Program-made: the position numbers and the translations under genes
The notes under the pieces: model-generated
The model's input: the letters and a program-made list of their open reading frames with translations, nothing else
Database searches by the model: none
Told to the model about the DNA's origin: nothing
Shown here: positions 50,007 to 61,817 of the stretch, piece after piece
Position numbering within the stretch: position 1 is the stretch's first letter
Layout of the letters: every line of letters begins with the position of its first letter
NCBI GenBank assembly: GCA_047495785.1
Contig: JBLDXI010000003.1
Location: 1,364,001 to 1,428,000, forward strand
DNA from: Lepidodermella squamata
Lineage: Eukaryota; Animalia; Gastrotricha
Length of the DNA stretch: 64,000 nt
Reading direction: 5' to 3'

Positions 50007-51136
50007 TCAGTCATCTTTCTTATCCTCTCCTTCATCCAGATCTCGCGGGTCTTCAACCGCCTCAGCAGCACCTTTCTTACCAGTAATCAACGCCCAAACC
50101 AAGCTGACAATGAACCAGAACCAGTAAACGTAGAACAGATACAAAATACCGAGTAGAATGTTGAAATAGATATGAAACGGGACGGGAAGGAACGGCAGAC
50201 CAGCTACAGATCCGAGCGAGCCGCCTCGCCACACTTTTGTCAGATGAAAGATGATTCTATTAACGAACCAACTGACCGCGAATAGAACAGCGCAAACGTG
50301 GGCGAAGATTTCCGCAAACGCAGAATGGCCGTATTTTGTTTTCCTGAGGTACGTCCCTAACTTGCCGACCTCCAAAAACGCGTCACTTATGTCGTCGAGA
50401 ACCAGGATTAAAATTCCAATCTGCAGATAGCCGATCATGTAGGAAACAGTCATAAGGCCAAGTGTGACGAAATGGTGCAGAACCATGACGAACGTGTCCT
50501 TTTTCCTTGCTTCCATGAACAAAGTCGCGTATACTGCATGGATGTAGTAGCTCATGTAGGCGAAATAGCCGATTTTAAGATCCAGAGGATGGTTGCGATA
50601 GTGCCAGTGTGAGAAAAGCTTCATCGACTCGCTGAAGAGATTGTGGCCCCGGAAGAAGGCGATGTAACACACCATGACCCACATAACGGTTGTAGTAATG
50701 CCCTTCCAACATGACTCGGCAAATTTGTTAATATTCTGCGGCAAAACTCCTAAACGATGCGCAAGAGGCTAGAAGACAAAAAAATGAAAAAGTTGACCCA
50801 GATCAAGAGACATACCAAGTAAATCCTGTTAACGCATAACGCCCGTAGAATCGTCCATAGAATCGCTAGGCCGAGCAGGATTCCTAATTCGGTAAGATTT
50901 CCGTTGTAGAAGAACTGGATGTCGTCCTGCCATTTTTGGAGGCTCTGGAAATTTTTGCCTGTTCCGTTTTTTGACAGCTCTCCATAACATTGGAACATAA
51001 CTTGGAAGCCTCGGGCTATGTCGAACAGGGCTTGTATCGGGTTATCCGTCTCGCCTATGCCGTCAGTTGGCCGTAAATGGTCGCAGTAGCCGTAAGGCTC
51101 CGGCAGGGTGACTCCATCGACAATTTTTGGTGTCAT
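50007..51136 (-). CDS. Ceramide synthase (Lag1/TLC, CerS1-like, no homeodomain)
   Basis: Exons 51136-50816 and 50768-50007. KFAESCWK, RKKD..MVLHHFVT..L...SY, DISD, EDPRD; C-terminal KKDD ER-retrieval-like signal. Confidence 0.9.
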
Positions 51137-52568
51137 ACAAAATGTTTTATTTTTTTTTGGTGCAAAAAGGAATTTGACTAAAGTGCAGTTCTTCCGTGAA
51201 TATTGTAGTAAAAACAGGAGTCACGTTTATAACCCCACGTTTGACGATAATAAGACTAAATAATAGGATACTTGAGACTCACGGGTAAACAAAGGTCGCC
51301 AAATAAAATAATCGGTGGCGTTCGTTGTAGTAGGCTAAACAAAAGGCAGCGATGCTATTCGCCGCTGTTTGTTGTGTTGCTTCAGCTGTTGCTGCTGGTG
51401 CTGCTTTTCATGAATGACATTTTTCAGTGAGTGAATGGCGCCACGATGGCGGCTTGGTGTGTGCATGCGCGTTGTTACCAGCCGCTATGCTTGGCCTAAT
51501 ACCGGTGCAGTAATGACCCTGGTAATAAACACACTTGCGCACTGCCACACCGGAGGCTGAATATAGCCGGTGTGCCCAGAGCCGATGTCAAGTACCACTA
51601 AATGACAGTCTTAATTATCCTCAATCATGATTCTCAATCCGTTCGTGCAACAGGTCCTTTCCTTTGCTGAACATGCCTAAAATCCATGAATCCATGTAAA
51701 TTTGCATACATATGCCAACGGTAATTATGGTGATTTGCATATTGTGAATAACGTAAAAAAATGCACAATATGCGTGAATATGCAAATGAGTTAGAATGTG
51801 TTAATGACTTCATCTAGTTTTAAGGGTAATTATTTCGCAAAATTATGAATATGGAAATTTCGCATGATTTACTCTTTATGAATATGCATATTAATTATCC
51901 ATTTTATACCGCTTATTAATGAATAGCAATTTATTTATAAAAATTTTACCTCCTATTTATGAATATGCAAATTTTGCATTATTTATTCTATATGAATATG
52001 CAAATGAATTTATCCTATTTTTACCGCTTATTTATGAATATGCTAATTATTTATAAAATTCTTACCTCCTATTTATGAATATGCCAATCATTTATGAGCT
52101 TTAGACCTCAAATTATTGGAAAAGGCCCGGATATCATCATTTTTATGGCTTAAGCAACATTTCAATATTGAGAGGTGTGATGACTTGAATTATTGATGAT
52201 TTCCATTCTCCCAGGCGGACTGAGACCGATTCCCCTAACAATGACAAACCCTTGTTGTAATGAAGCTCCTTGCAAATAACATTAACATGCCGCGCACATA
52301 GGAAACGATAAATATTTGTTACGCGCATTAAGAGAGGCCAATTAAGTGCGTTACTACTACTACTACGTCATTGTGCTGTTGTTTGTTCTCTTTTGTGCAT
52401 AGCGTGTCTAATTCTAGCACAAGCCACAATACGCTATTACCAAAAGATCATAGCTGTACAAGTTATACAAATGACCTAGGGATGCTTTATTGGAATTGCT
52501 CGAAAAAAGTGATAGTCCCGATAGATCTTATCAGGATCATTTTTTCCATTTTTAGGTTGATTTAAATT

Positions 52569-53497
52569 ATGTTGGGACTTTTCGTTCGTCTTGATCACTG
52601 GTTGTCTCGCGTCCTATCAGTCTGTGCAACAGAAAAATCCAGGTATGAAATGAACAATTCGGCTGAAATTCTGTTATTATCACTTTTTCGTCATTGATTA
52701 GATTTGGAAAATATCGATGGCTCATGTTGACACTTGAATGGGCAGGCCATGAGGCGGTTTGGTTCCCGGTCTTCCTTCTGCTAATTGCCATCGGAATCCC
52801 CGAAATTGAGGTTGAAACGAAACACCACGGCCGCAGCGATAGTCGATACGTCAAAGAAATCGCCGTGAAATACCTTCCATCGTCGATAGCCATTTTAATC
52901 GGGCTTTTAATCGAAGTATTCTCGGTGGTTCTCGTCAAAATTATTTTCAAACGACCTCGGCCTAAGGTAAGCATAATTTTCCAATTTTTTCGAAAATGTT
53001 CAGGATTTTCCTAAATTCTTAAAAAATCGAATAAATGCGGAAGAAATAATGTTAATGAATATCTCTTCTTTTATCTCTAGATGAATCATATGGACATGCA
53101 TTCGCCTATTCCATCAGTCGATATTTACAGCTTCCCATCGGGTCACACTTCACGGCTTTCGATGCTAGCCTTCCTAGCCTGCACCATTTTCTACGACCAT
53201 TTTATGGCGAAACCTTTTGCCTGGCCAATCGCACTCATCGCAATTTTCGTATCAATCGTCGCTTTGTCGAGAATATTTTTAGGTAATTTTTTCGATTTTT
53301 TCCTGAATTTTTCACAATTTAATTTTCGAATTTTTTCAGGTCGCCATTTCCCATCTGATATTTTAGGCGGGCTGCTTCTGGGTTATGCGACCTCGAAATT
53401 TGTGCTCACAATTCTCATTCCATTTTTCGAATCGTATCGCCAGCCAATATCAACATTCCTCATGGAAATCAAAGAAGCAATGATGGATCCTTTCTGA
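52569..53497 (+). CDS. PAP2 lipid phosphatase, PLPP6/7-like (4 exons)
   Basis: Exons 52569-52642, 52702-52966, 53081-53282, 53340-53497. KRPRP, SFPSGH, SRIFLGRHFPSD; clear paralogue of 49086-49787. Confidence 0.9.
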
Positions 53498-53739
53498 TCA
53501 TTTCGGAGATTTTACATTGGCATGAATTCTCGTTGAATAATTTTCAGAATTTTATTCGAAAATTTTGCCTATTTTTATCAATGAAGCGTGAAATATTACT
53601 TGAGCGTGGGTTGTTGCTCATCATAACACGACGTCTATAAACTATTAAGAAAAACTTTGCACGTTTTTCGATGAATATGCATCTGAGCACGAAAGCATTT
53701 CAAATACAGAAATAAAATTCATTTCTTGGAAAATTAAAC

Positions 53740-55432
53740 ATGGCTTTGATATCATTTCGGCAATTTTTGGTACTAGCTCTATTTTTCGCCGTTGAATTAA
53801 CAAGTGCTCAATGGGATAGAAATGGTGAGTCCTAATTATTTTTAATTTAATTTATTTTCTCATAATTATATTTTTTTATTCTGAATTATAGCTAGAAATG
53901 ACCGTTGCGTTTTCGAGCGGTCGAAAGCTTCGAGTGACCTGATAAACTCAATTCAACAATCCATCACGCCCTGCCTCGACAGTCCCGTTATTCAAAACGG
54001 GGTCATCCTAGCCCAGGACGAGCTCAATCGCAATGTGAAACGGTTCCAGTGCGCCGAAATCGACTTCAGCCTCACCGGGTTCAATTTCACAATCTGCCGA
54101 GATGGAACCTGGGTACCACTCGGGTACTGCGTTCAAAACCTCGAACGACGCACTTGTTTCGCTGAATGGAACCAGCCGATGATTAGCAACGCCGTTTTAA
54201 AACCTGTCGGTACCAGCAATGGTACCAGCTCGATTTTTCGAGTAGTTTGCAACCGAGGGTTCAAATTGGTGAATAACCCCAGGTTCGGCCTCACAGTTTG
54301 CGATTCGAACACGGAATGGACCGACCCGGGTACATGTGAAGAGCTGGTACCAACCTGGAACCGGACTAGTACCACCAGACGGGCGTTATCTGGGCTAGAT
54401 TCGACCTCGACCCAAAGTCGAAGGACAACTACTCCAAAAACGAATCCAACAACAACTGCGACAACAATTCTAGGCCGGACCACTAGGACCAGGGGGCCAG
54501 GTACGAATGCGGCTACTACAACGACCCAAACTACCACTACGACCCGGCTATCGTCAACCACCCGTCGGCCTAATGCTATAAGCTGCTCGATCGAATTCAC
54601 GAAGTACTGCGATGATTCATTTGTGGATTTGAATTCGCCTCAAAATGGCGCGTTATTATCAGCCTGTCAACGCGGTGACCTCACCGGGGTCAGGCAGGCC
54701 CTGAACCAGGGCGCCAATCCTAACGCGAGGGACCAATCGGGTTCCAGCGCTGGTCACCTAGTTATGGCTTCTCGATCGAATCAAACACTCGAAATTTTAG
54801 TCGAATTAGCCAGACGATGCTACGACTTTAATTCGACAAATTCGAATGGTGAGTCGCTAGTCACCCTAACGGCTAGGCTAGACACCCAGGGTGACGCGCT
54901 TGACTGCATTCTGTCAATGGGCGCCAATGCTAGACTCGCCGATTCGATTATTTCAGCCTCAAAATCAGATCGGACGAGAAATTTGGAGATTTTACTCAAC
55001 TTCAACGCAAGTGTGAATTCAGCGGACCGTGACGGTAATTCGGTTTTAATGTGGGCGGTCAGGCGGAACAACTCCGAGGCTGTTAGGACAATACTTCGAA
55101 ATTGCCCATTTTCGGTCGATTTTCGAAATTCATTAGGATGGACGCCTCTAATGCATGCAGTCAGGTCCGGTTTTCTCGATATTACCCGGCAACTGGCTGA
55201 TCAAGGTGCTGATCCTATGGCGAGAAATTCGGATCTAGCTACACCTATTTCGCTTGCGATGGAAAACAGCCGGCCTGAAATTCTGGAAATATTGGCGAAT
55301 TATGTAGATTTAAAGACGCTTGCTGTTGAGCTTAGGGATGATTCGATGCCTGACAATTTTCAAACTTTTACGCCTGTTTGGATGACTACAACAACGAGGC
55401 AAAGTACGACATCCTTCGCAAATTACAGTTGA
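53740..55432 (+). CDS. Secreted protein: 2 Sushi/CCP domains + Thr-rich stalk + ankyrin repeats
   Basis: Exons 53740-53824 and 53892-55432 join in frame. Signal peptide; two C-xx-P..NG/NA..C..GF..C..W..C modules; ankyrins (GANPN, GNSVLMWA, GWTPLMHA); no TM segment. Confidence 0.82.
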
Positions 55433-56275
55433 ATGTCTTGAAATATCGAAAAATGTAATTATATCAAAATAAAATATTTGGACGTGCGCCAATTCTTTTC
55501 TAGCTTGAAATTTGAACCAATTAAATTAGCAGTGAGTGAAATTTGAAAAAATTACGGACGAGCAGGTTGCGTAACAGGCTAAATGATAATCACGTCATAA
55601 AGTGGAAAAAACGAGGGCGAATCTCTGATTGTCTATTTTCACTTTTTTCTTTGATCACGGAAAACACCCTGTTCAATTTTCAATTAAATTGAATTTTTCT
55701 TATCAATTCACTGCTAGAAACAAGGCTATTACCTATGCTACCAATTTCACAGCTTAATCATTATTGACTAGAATTATCGCGATTCTTTTTTTGTAAAATT
55801 ATAAGCAAATTAACATCGAGCTTTCACGTCACCCCGATCTTCAAAATTTTTGAAATTTTGTTTTTCAGACTAATTTCAATTTTTTCAGAAATTTTGAAAT
55901 TTTGGAAATTTTACTATTCGTTGCGATCTATTGTCTTGTCGCCAAGAAAATTAGTGAAATTTTTTCCGATTTGTCGCTTCTGATTTGTCGTTTCGGGTGC
56001 CAGCTGTTCCGATTTGTTGTAGCGCTTTCATAAATTAATTTAATTAATTTTCTTGATTTAAAATGTTTCAAATTCCCCCGAATTAATTTTTTTGAATTTT
56101 TCCGATAGGTCAAGGAATCCTATTTCGAGGCAAAGGAATCCAATAGGGGTATTGTGCATTCACTACCAACTTATTGAAATCGGTACCAAACATTACTGAA
56201 TTCTGTACCAAATTATTCCAATCAGTCCCAGCCTCTAACCCTAATAACCCAGCCCAAAATAACCGAATAAAATGG

Positions 56276-56582
56276 GGGGAAAACTTTATTCATCCGACCA
56301 ATGTCTTTTTTTATCCGACAACCAAAAATGTGACTAAAACCTGCCGACTTGCTTTTTCACATTTTCAAAAAATTACAGTAAAATAGTGACAATTCGGATC
56401 GCCATAAATGTTTCATCATAAAATTCTGGGGCCAAAATAGGGTGCATAATATGGGCGTGCCCCTAAGGAAAAATCGAACTCGGAAAATCGAGAAAATCGA
56501 TATCTTCCTGTCGGATGATTTTAGTCACATTTTTGGTTGTCGAATGAAATAAGACATTGGTCGGATGAAAAAAGTCACACCC
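56276..56582. mobile_element. MITE with ~65-bp imperfect TIRs
   Basis: ttcatccgaccaatgtc..acaaccaaaaatgtgactaaaa mirrored at the right end; exact 8-bp TSD TAAAATGG. Confidence 0.8.
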
Positions 56583-56720
56583 TAAAATGGTTAGGAATCG
56601 AATTTAATGAAGTTTGGTACCGCAGTAAGATTTTCCCAATCGCAAAATGTTTCTTACTAGGTTGCCAAAATAAAAATTTATTAATTGTTACAAGCCTGCA
56701 ATAATTCGCACTTCTCATTA

Positions 56721-57686
56721 CCGTCATTTGGGGCTATTTGGTATGCGTCAAAAAATGACCCCCTGGTTTTTTTTGCTTTTTTACACGTTTCCAAGGGTCC
56801 TGATTCGAATGGCACCCGTATTCCGAATAGCCCCACGGATGGGGCTATTCGGAAAGGTGTGGGGCTATTATTTACTCATATATAGACATCTTAATATTAG
56901 TAAATAAGCAAGGACGTGTGGCCGAGTGGTTTTTTATCACAGTTGTCTATGGCGAGATCATTAAAAGGTCAGCGGTTCGATTCCACAAGGGTTCATTTTT
57001 TAGCTTTTTTGCCTAAATTATTTTTATCTACAGCAAAATAACAGCCCATTTTATGCAAACAAACTTATGCCATGCAAATAGTTGGCTTTTAATTAGACAG
57101 TTTTTCCTTAATTCGCAGTAAATCAATTAATTTTTAATTTTCATTGCCAAATGCATTATCAGCCTTTCCCCGATAAAGCTTAATTACAAGTTTATCAAGC
57201 ATCTTAAATTCAAAGTCTGCGTAATTTACCGAGAAACATACCAACAACCTAGCTCATTAGAATATTCAATCATGTTAAAAGAATTACCCTTCAACTTCGC
57301 TTTTCGATGGGGCTATTCGGTATCAATTAATTTGACAAAAGTATGCATCGGATCGGGGAGTTTCAAATTTTCCAAAGGTCCTAAGCGTCCGTAGATTCAG
57401 AAGAAATTGGTCCAGAGCCTCGCAATGATCTACTCCGGTCCAGGTAATTCAATGCAACACAGGGGTTTTCTTGAGTTAAACTTACACCTGAAAGGTGAGT
57501 CTGCAGCTTCAGAACCGTTTACTCTTTGAACTCATACTTTTGATAGAATAAGTGTCATCTATCGAGGTAGCTCCCTGCAAAAATTTATCGACTTTTACTT
57601 TATAGTTTTTGAGTAAGCTTTATTCTACTAATTGAATAAACTTTTTACCGAATAGCCCCGTATCCCGCGATAGCCCCGAATGACGG
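56721..57686. mobile_element. Tc1/pogo-like MITE carrying a tRNA-like A/B-box fragment
   Basis: TIRs CCGTCATT(T/C)GGGGCTAT with TA on both flanks; internal ggggctatt repeats; TGGCCGAGTGG..GGTTCGATTCC at ~56918-56983. Confidence 0.8.
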
Positions 57687-57851
57687 TACTCATTACAGCA
57701 TATACTTCAAATCGTAGAGCTGATTTCGATTTTTCAAAAATCAGTGATTTTGCAAATAATCTATTGCAAATTGATTTAGAGCTAGAATTTTTCAATTTTC
57801 TCTTTCATTGACTTCAATCTTCAATTTTCTCTAATTACTATAGCCTTAAAA

Positions 57852-59763
57852 ATGTCAAAAATGAGAGCGATAATTGCAGTAATTTTATTCTGCCTCGTCA
57901 ACCTGCTCAACTACATGAACCGCTACACAACCCCGCCAATTGTCGGCCGGCTTAAAACCGCCTTCCACGTCGCAGACACCCCTCTGGGCGCTATCCAGTC
58001 CTGCTTCGAAATCTGCTACGTCATCGCCTCGCCATTCCTCGGCTTCTTAGGCGACCGATTCAGCCGCCTTAAAATTATTTCCGCATCACTGATTTTCACG
58101 TCAATCATCGGTTTCGGCTCATCTTTCATTCCAGAGAGTTCATTCACCCTACTGCTGATCACCCGGGCCCTGTTAGGGTTCGGCGAGGCATGTTGCGCCA
58201 ATATTTGCCCGTCTTTAATCGGCGACATGTTCATAGGGTCAAAACGAACTCTGGCTCTAAGTTTCTTCCAATTGACAATCCCGATCGGTTGCGGAATCGG
58301 GTACATGGCCTCGGGTGCAGTCGCTGATTTCACGGATGACTGGCGATGGGCGTTTCGGCTGACCCCTTTGCCGATGATACTGGGCGCCCTCCTTCTAGCC
58401 ACCCTAGTCCGTGAGCCGAGACGAGGCGAGGCTGAAAATGTAGCGAATTCAAACGAAAAAACGTCGTATTGCCAGGATTTGCGGTACCTAATTAAAATTA
58501 GGTCATTCACCCTGTCTAGCCTCGCCAATGTCGGAGCAGCCTTCGCAACGGGTTCGCTCACCTTCTGGGCGCCTGATTTGATAATGAGGATGAAGTCACT
58601 CGAAGGCGTCATTGATTTGCACTCCGAGTCGAGGGTTGGCTTCATTTTTGGGGTTATCACTATTATGAGCGGTATCACTGGTGTTGCGTCTGGGGCGCTG
58701 TTTTCGAATGTTTTGTTAAAGAAAAGATGCGGACTGGCGGCCGATGGGATTGTTTGCGGGTTCAGTATGCTATTAGCGGCGCCTATTATGTACTCGGGCC
58801 TAATTTGCGTACCTGTGAGCATTTTTTAAAAATGTTTGTTAGAAATAAGCCGTGTCCTGATTATTCAGCCAATATATTGCCAATTAATGTCTTATCTTTG
58901 TGATTCCTGTGAGATTTTTTTGAAAATAAGTTAATTATAAAATTATAAAAAATCACCTACCCTAAAATATGAAAATTTGAAAAAAATCAAGTTTTAAAAA
59001 GTTCTTAAAAAGTAATTACAAAAAACGTGGCTTCAATTCCAAAACATTCCATGAATTTAAAAAATGTCTATGAATTTCAAAAATTTCAAAATTTCAAGAA
59101 AAATTTCAAAATTTCAAAAATGTTGGAAATTCCCTTGTGCTATCAAGCCTGAATAACGAGAAATTTTATCAATAAATTCTGGAAAAATTAGGAGCATTTC
59201 TTGCGCCTATTTACTAAGCTCTTCTGCTATTTTTCCAGGTAAATGTTATGACAACGTGGATTTTGATGTTCTTCGGAACAGCCTGCCTATCCTGCTGCTA
59301 CGTCCTGTTATCGGAAATCACTCTGAATGTTGTCATCGCTAATCGGCGAGCTACAGCCCGCTCGTTCCAATCAACCGTATCGCATTTGTTCGGCGATGCG
59401 TGCAGCCCTTACATCTCAGGAATGGTAAGTTTTCTGATTCAACTAAAAAATTGTCTCATATAGGTATTTTTTAATTTTGATTCTAAGATTTCGGATCAAG
59501 TTCGCCAGCGGTTCGAAAGCAGGGGCTTCCACTCTACTGATTTTCGATCAATGCAAACCAGCTTGTTTCTAAGCACCCTTGTCATCGCTGTTAGCGGTGG
59601 ATTTTTCCTAATGGGCAGTTTATTCATCAATGAAGACGCCGCTTCAGCTAAAGGTGTTCAGCAGCTCGAAAAATTGCCCGGTGATGTTGATGACAAGTCT
59701 GCGATAAACGATCAATCGCTGGCTAAACTGGTCGGCTCGGCTGAATTTCCGGGTCAAGCTTGA
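57852..59763 (+). CDS. Spinster-family MFS transporter (SPNS-like)
   Basis: Exons 57852-58814, 59239-59424, 59488-59763. NLLNYMNRY, LGDRFSR, RALLGFGEA, WRWAFRLTP, EPRRG, SHLFGDACSPYISG. Confidence 0.93.
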
Positions 59764-60133
59764 TTTCTTTAGGCGATGAATTTTGATATTTTTCGAAAAT
59801 AAAAATGTAAAAAATTGAAAGTAATTTTCTCTCATTTTTCGAACTCATCTGGTTGTTCTAGAAAGATCTAACTATACCTATACCCATTTAACGAATATTG
59901 AACTAAACGGTGAAAAAAAATTTGAAATTGTTGAGAGGCCTCAGGTTCAAGTTGAAGTTCAAGTCGAGTTTGATAAGGTCATTTATTTTTTCATTAATTT
60001 ATTTTTTGTTGAAGCTTTTTCGCCCAAGAGAGGGAAGCTCTATTCTCTACTGTACGTCAAACTAAATTTTGAATATTTTCTATTTATGGAAAATAAAAAT
60101 GAGGAATAACCTTCGATTTAAGGACGCGATGAA

Positions 60134-60322
60134 GGCAGACGGTCATAACAGCAAAGGCCCAAACGCGACATAATAGAACATAATATTTCTACTTGCGACA
60201 TAACAGCAGAAACACAATGCATCTTCTACATTTGTGAGTTTTCGCTGTTTTGTCGCGAAATAAAACATTTGCTGGTTTGTCGCATTCGCTGTTTTGCGCA
60301 GTTGCTGTTTTGTCGCCGTACC
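60134..60322. mobile_element. MULE-like MITE (same family as 43475-43619)
   Basis: Same ggcagac.gtcataacagc ... gctgttttgtcgccgtacc termini; degenerate TSD gcgatgaa / gttatgaa. Confidence 0.7.
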
Positions 60323-60378
60323 GTTATGAAATCATGAAGAGGCGTATATTTATTGTTACGATTTTTTATAAGGAAGTG

Positions 60379-60612
60379 GCTATTCGTACATATTATGTAC
60401 AACTTTTTTGCTATTCGTACATAAATATGTACAACTATTTTGCTATTCGTACATAAATATGTACAACTTTTTTGCTATTCGTACATATTATGTACAACTT
60501 TTTTGCTATTCGTACATATTATGTACAACTATTTTGCTATTCGTACATAAATATGTACAACTTTTTTGCTATTCGTACATATTATGTACAACTTTTTTGC
60601 TATTCGTACATA
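60379..60612. repeat. 31-32 bp tandem minisatellite (~7.5 units), probably the subterminal region of the MULE
   Basis: Unit gctattcgtacata(t/aa)tatgtacaact(t/a)tttt; eight gctattcgtaca starts; each unit has an internal gtacata..tatgtac palindrome. Confidence 0.9.
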
Positions 60613-60730
60613 CGAAAAATAATTAAGGTAAAAGGCTGGAATAAGGCAAAATGCCCTCAGAGGTACTTTATTATTCATTCTTCATCGTTCTCATCATCAT
60701 AAACGAGGTATGTTTACCACTCAATCACTA

Positions 60731-60992
60731 TCATTCGCGAATTCTTGTTATTATCCACCCGCCGCCTGGAACGATGCGACCAGCGGCTATCAGTCGACAT
60801 CCTAGACACAAATGTACATTACGTTACATGAGATGGTGGAGCGCTAAACGGATAACCTTTATTCGTACAAATAAGCTCGACGGAGCTTTCAGTACTATAT
60901 CGCACTGACATTCCAGGGTGGAGGTTTTTTACCGCTTTGACTAAACCGTCGCGGCTGTCGAATAGCGCCCCAATAAGTTGAGGAAATGGCAT
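60731..60992 (-). CDS. Small MuDR-type DNA-binding-domain-only ORF (68 aa, possibly pseudogenised)
   Basis: Exons 60992-60857 and 60801-60731 (55-nt GT-AG intron): IGALFDSRDGLVKAV...VRYS...LICTNKGCRL.A......WII. Confidence 0.5.
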
Positions 60993-61817
60993 TATTAGTA
61001 GCTGGATGAGAGCCGTAAAAAATTCCAAATGAATGGAGTTTGAATAGAGATGAAAAACAGCACGTGGCAATTTACGAATGAATTGTTGTCTAGAACTTGA
61101 CACGTGCATTAAAACGTTTGAGAAAAATCGTCATTATTTTTGAAAACAGCATCAGTCATTGCGCTCCTTTCGAACGGTCCACTCGCCACAAATGGCTTCA
61201 CGATAAAACAATACAGCGATAAATCAACTTTAGATGTTCATATGTTCAGGTTCTTCAAGCTTTTTTCGAACGAATGTGAATTCATGTGGACTTTGAACGG
61301 CAGACGCCGACCAGGCACGAGCGCTGAACATTTTTAGATGGAAAATAATAATTTACGAATTTTATGTGATATTAGAGGGCTACTACTGAATTGAACGGCT
61401 GAAAATGTTTCTCATTTTTTTGTTAAAAGATGCCTGCTGTCGATACCTGCTATACTACCATTTATATTGAATCACACTGTTCCTTGCGAAAACGCCTACA
61501 ACCCATGTTACCGGTTGAGGCGCGCTATCTTGGGGAATATCTTGCCTATCTTGTTGTTTAACTTAGCGGAGTGAAGATTGGCACTTGAGCATGTTCGTTC
61601 GTCATTTTAGATAACTTTCCGAGTTTTCCCAATATGACTATTAGAAAAATTTCGAGCCCTTCCGGCTTGAAGTACAAGTGCGATGCAAATAAGGAATCCT
61701 TAACTGGGTTGAGTGCAGAAATATTAACAGTAATATTTGGTCTTAGATCATTAGTCAAATTTTTGGTATATCGAAGTTTATGAAATGGTAATTCGAAAAA
61801 TTTCAAGCCCTCCAAGA

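Noticed and set aside
58016-58822. 268-aa antisense ORF (and similar ORFs opposite MetRS, MAT and the Sushi-ankyrin gene)
   Set aside because: Shadow frames of real genes with no recognisable motifs.
60379-60612. CRISPR-like array
   Set aside because: Units are head-to-tail with no unique spacers, there are no cas genes, and the context is eukaryotic.
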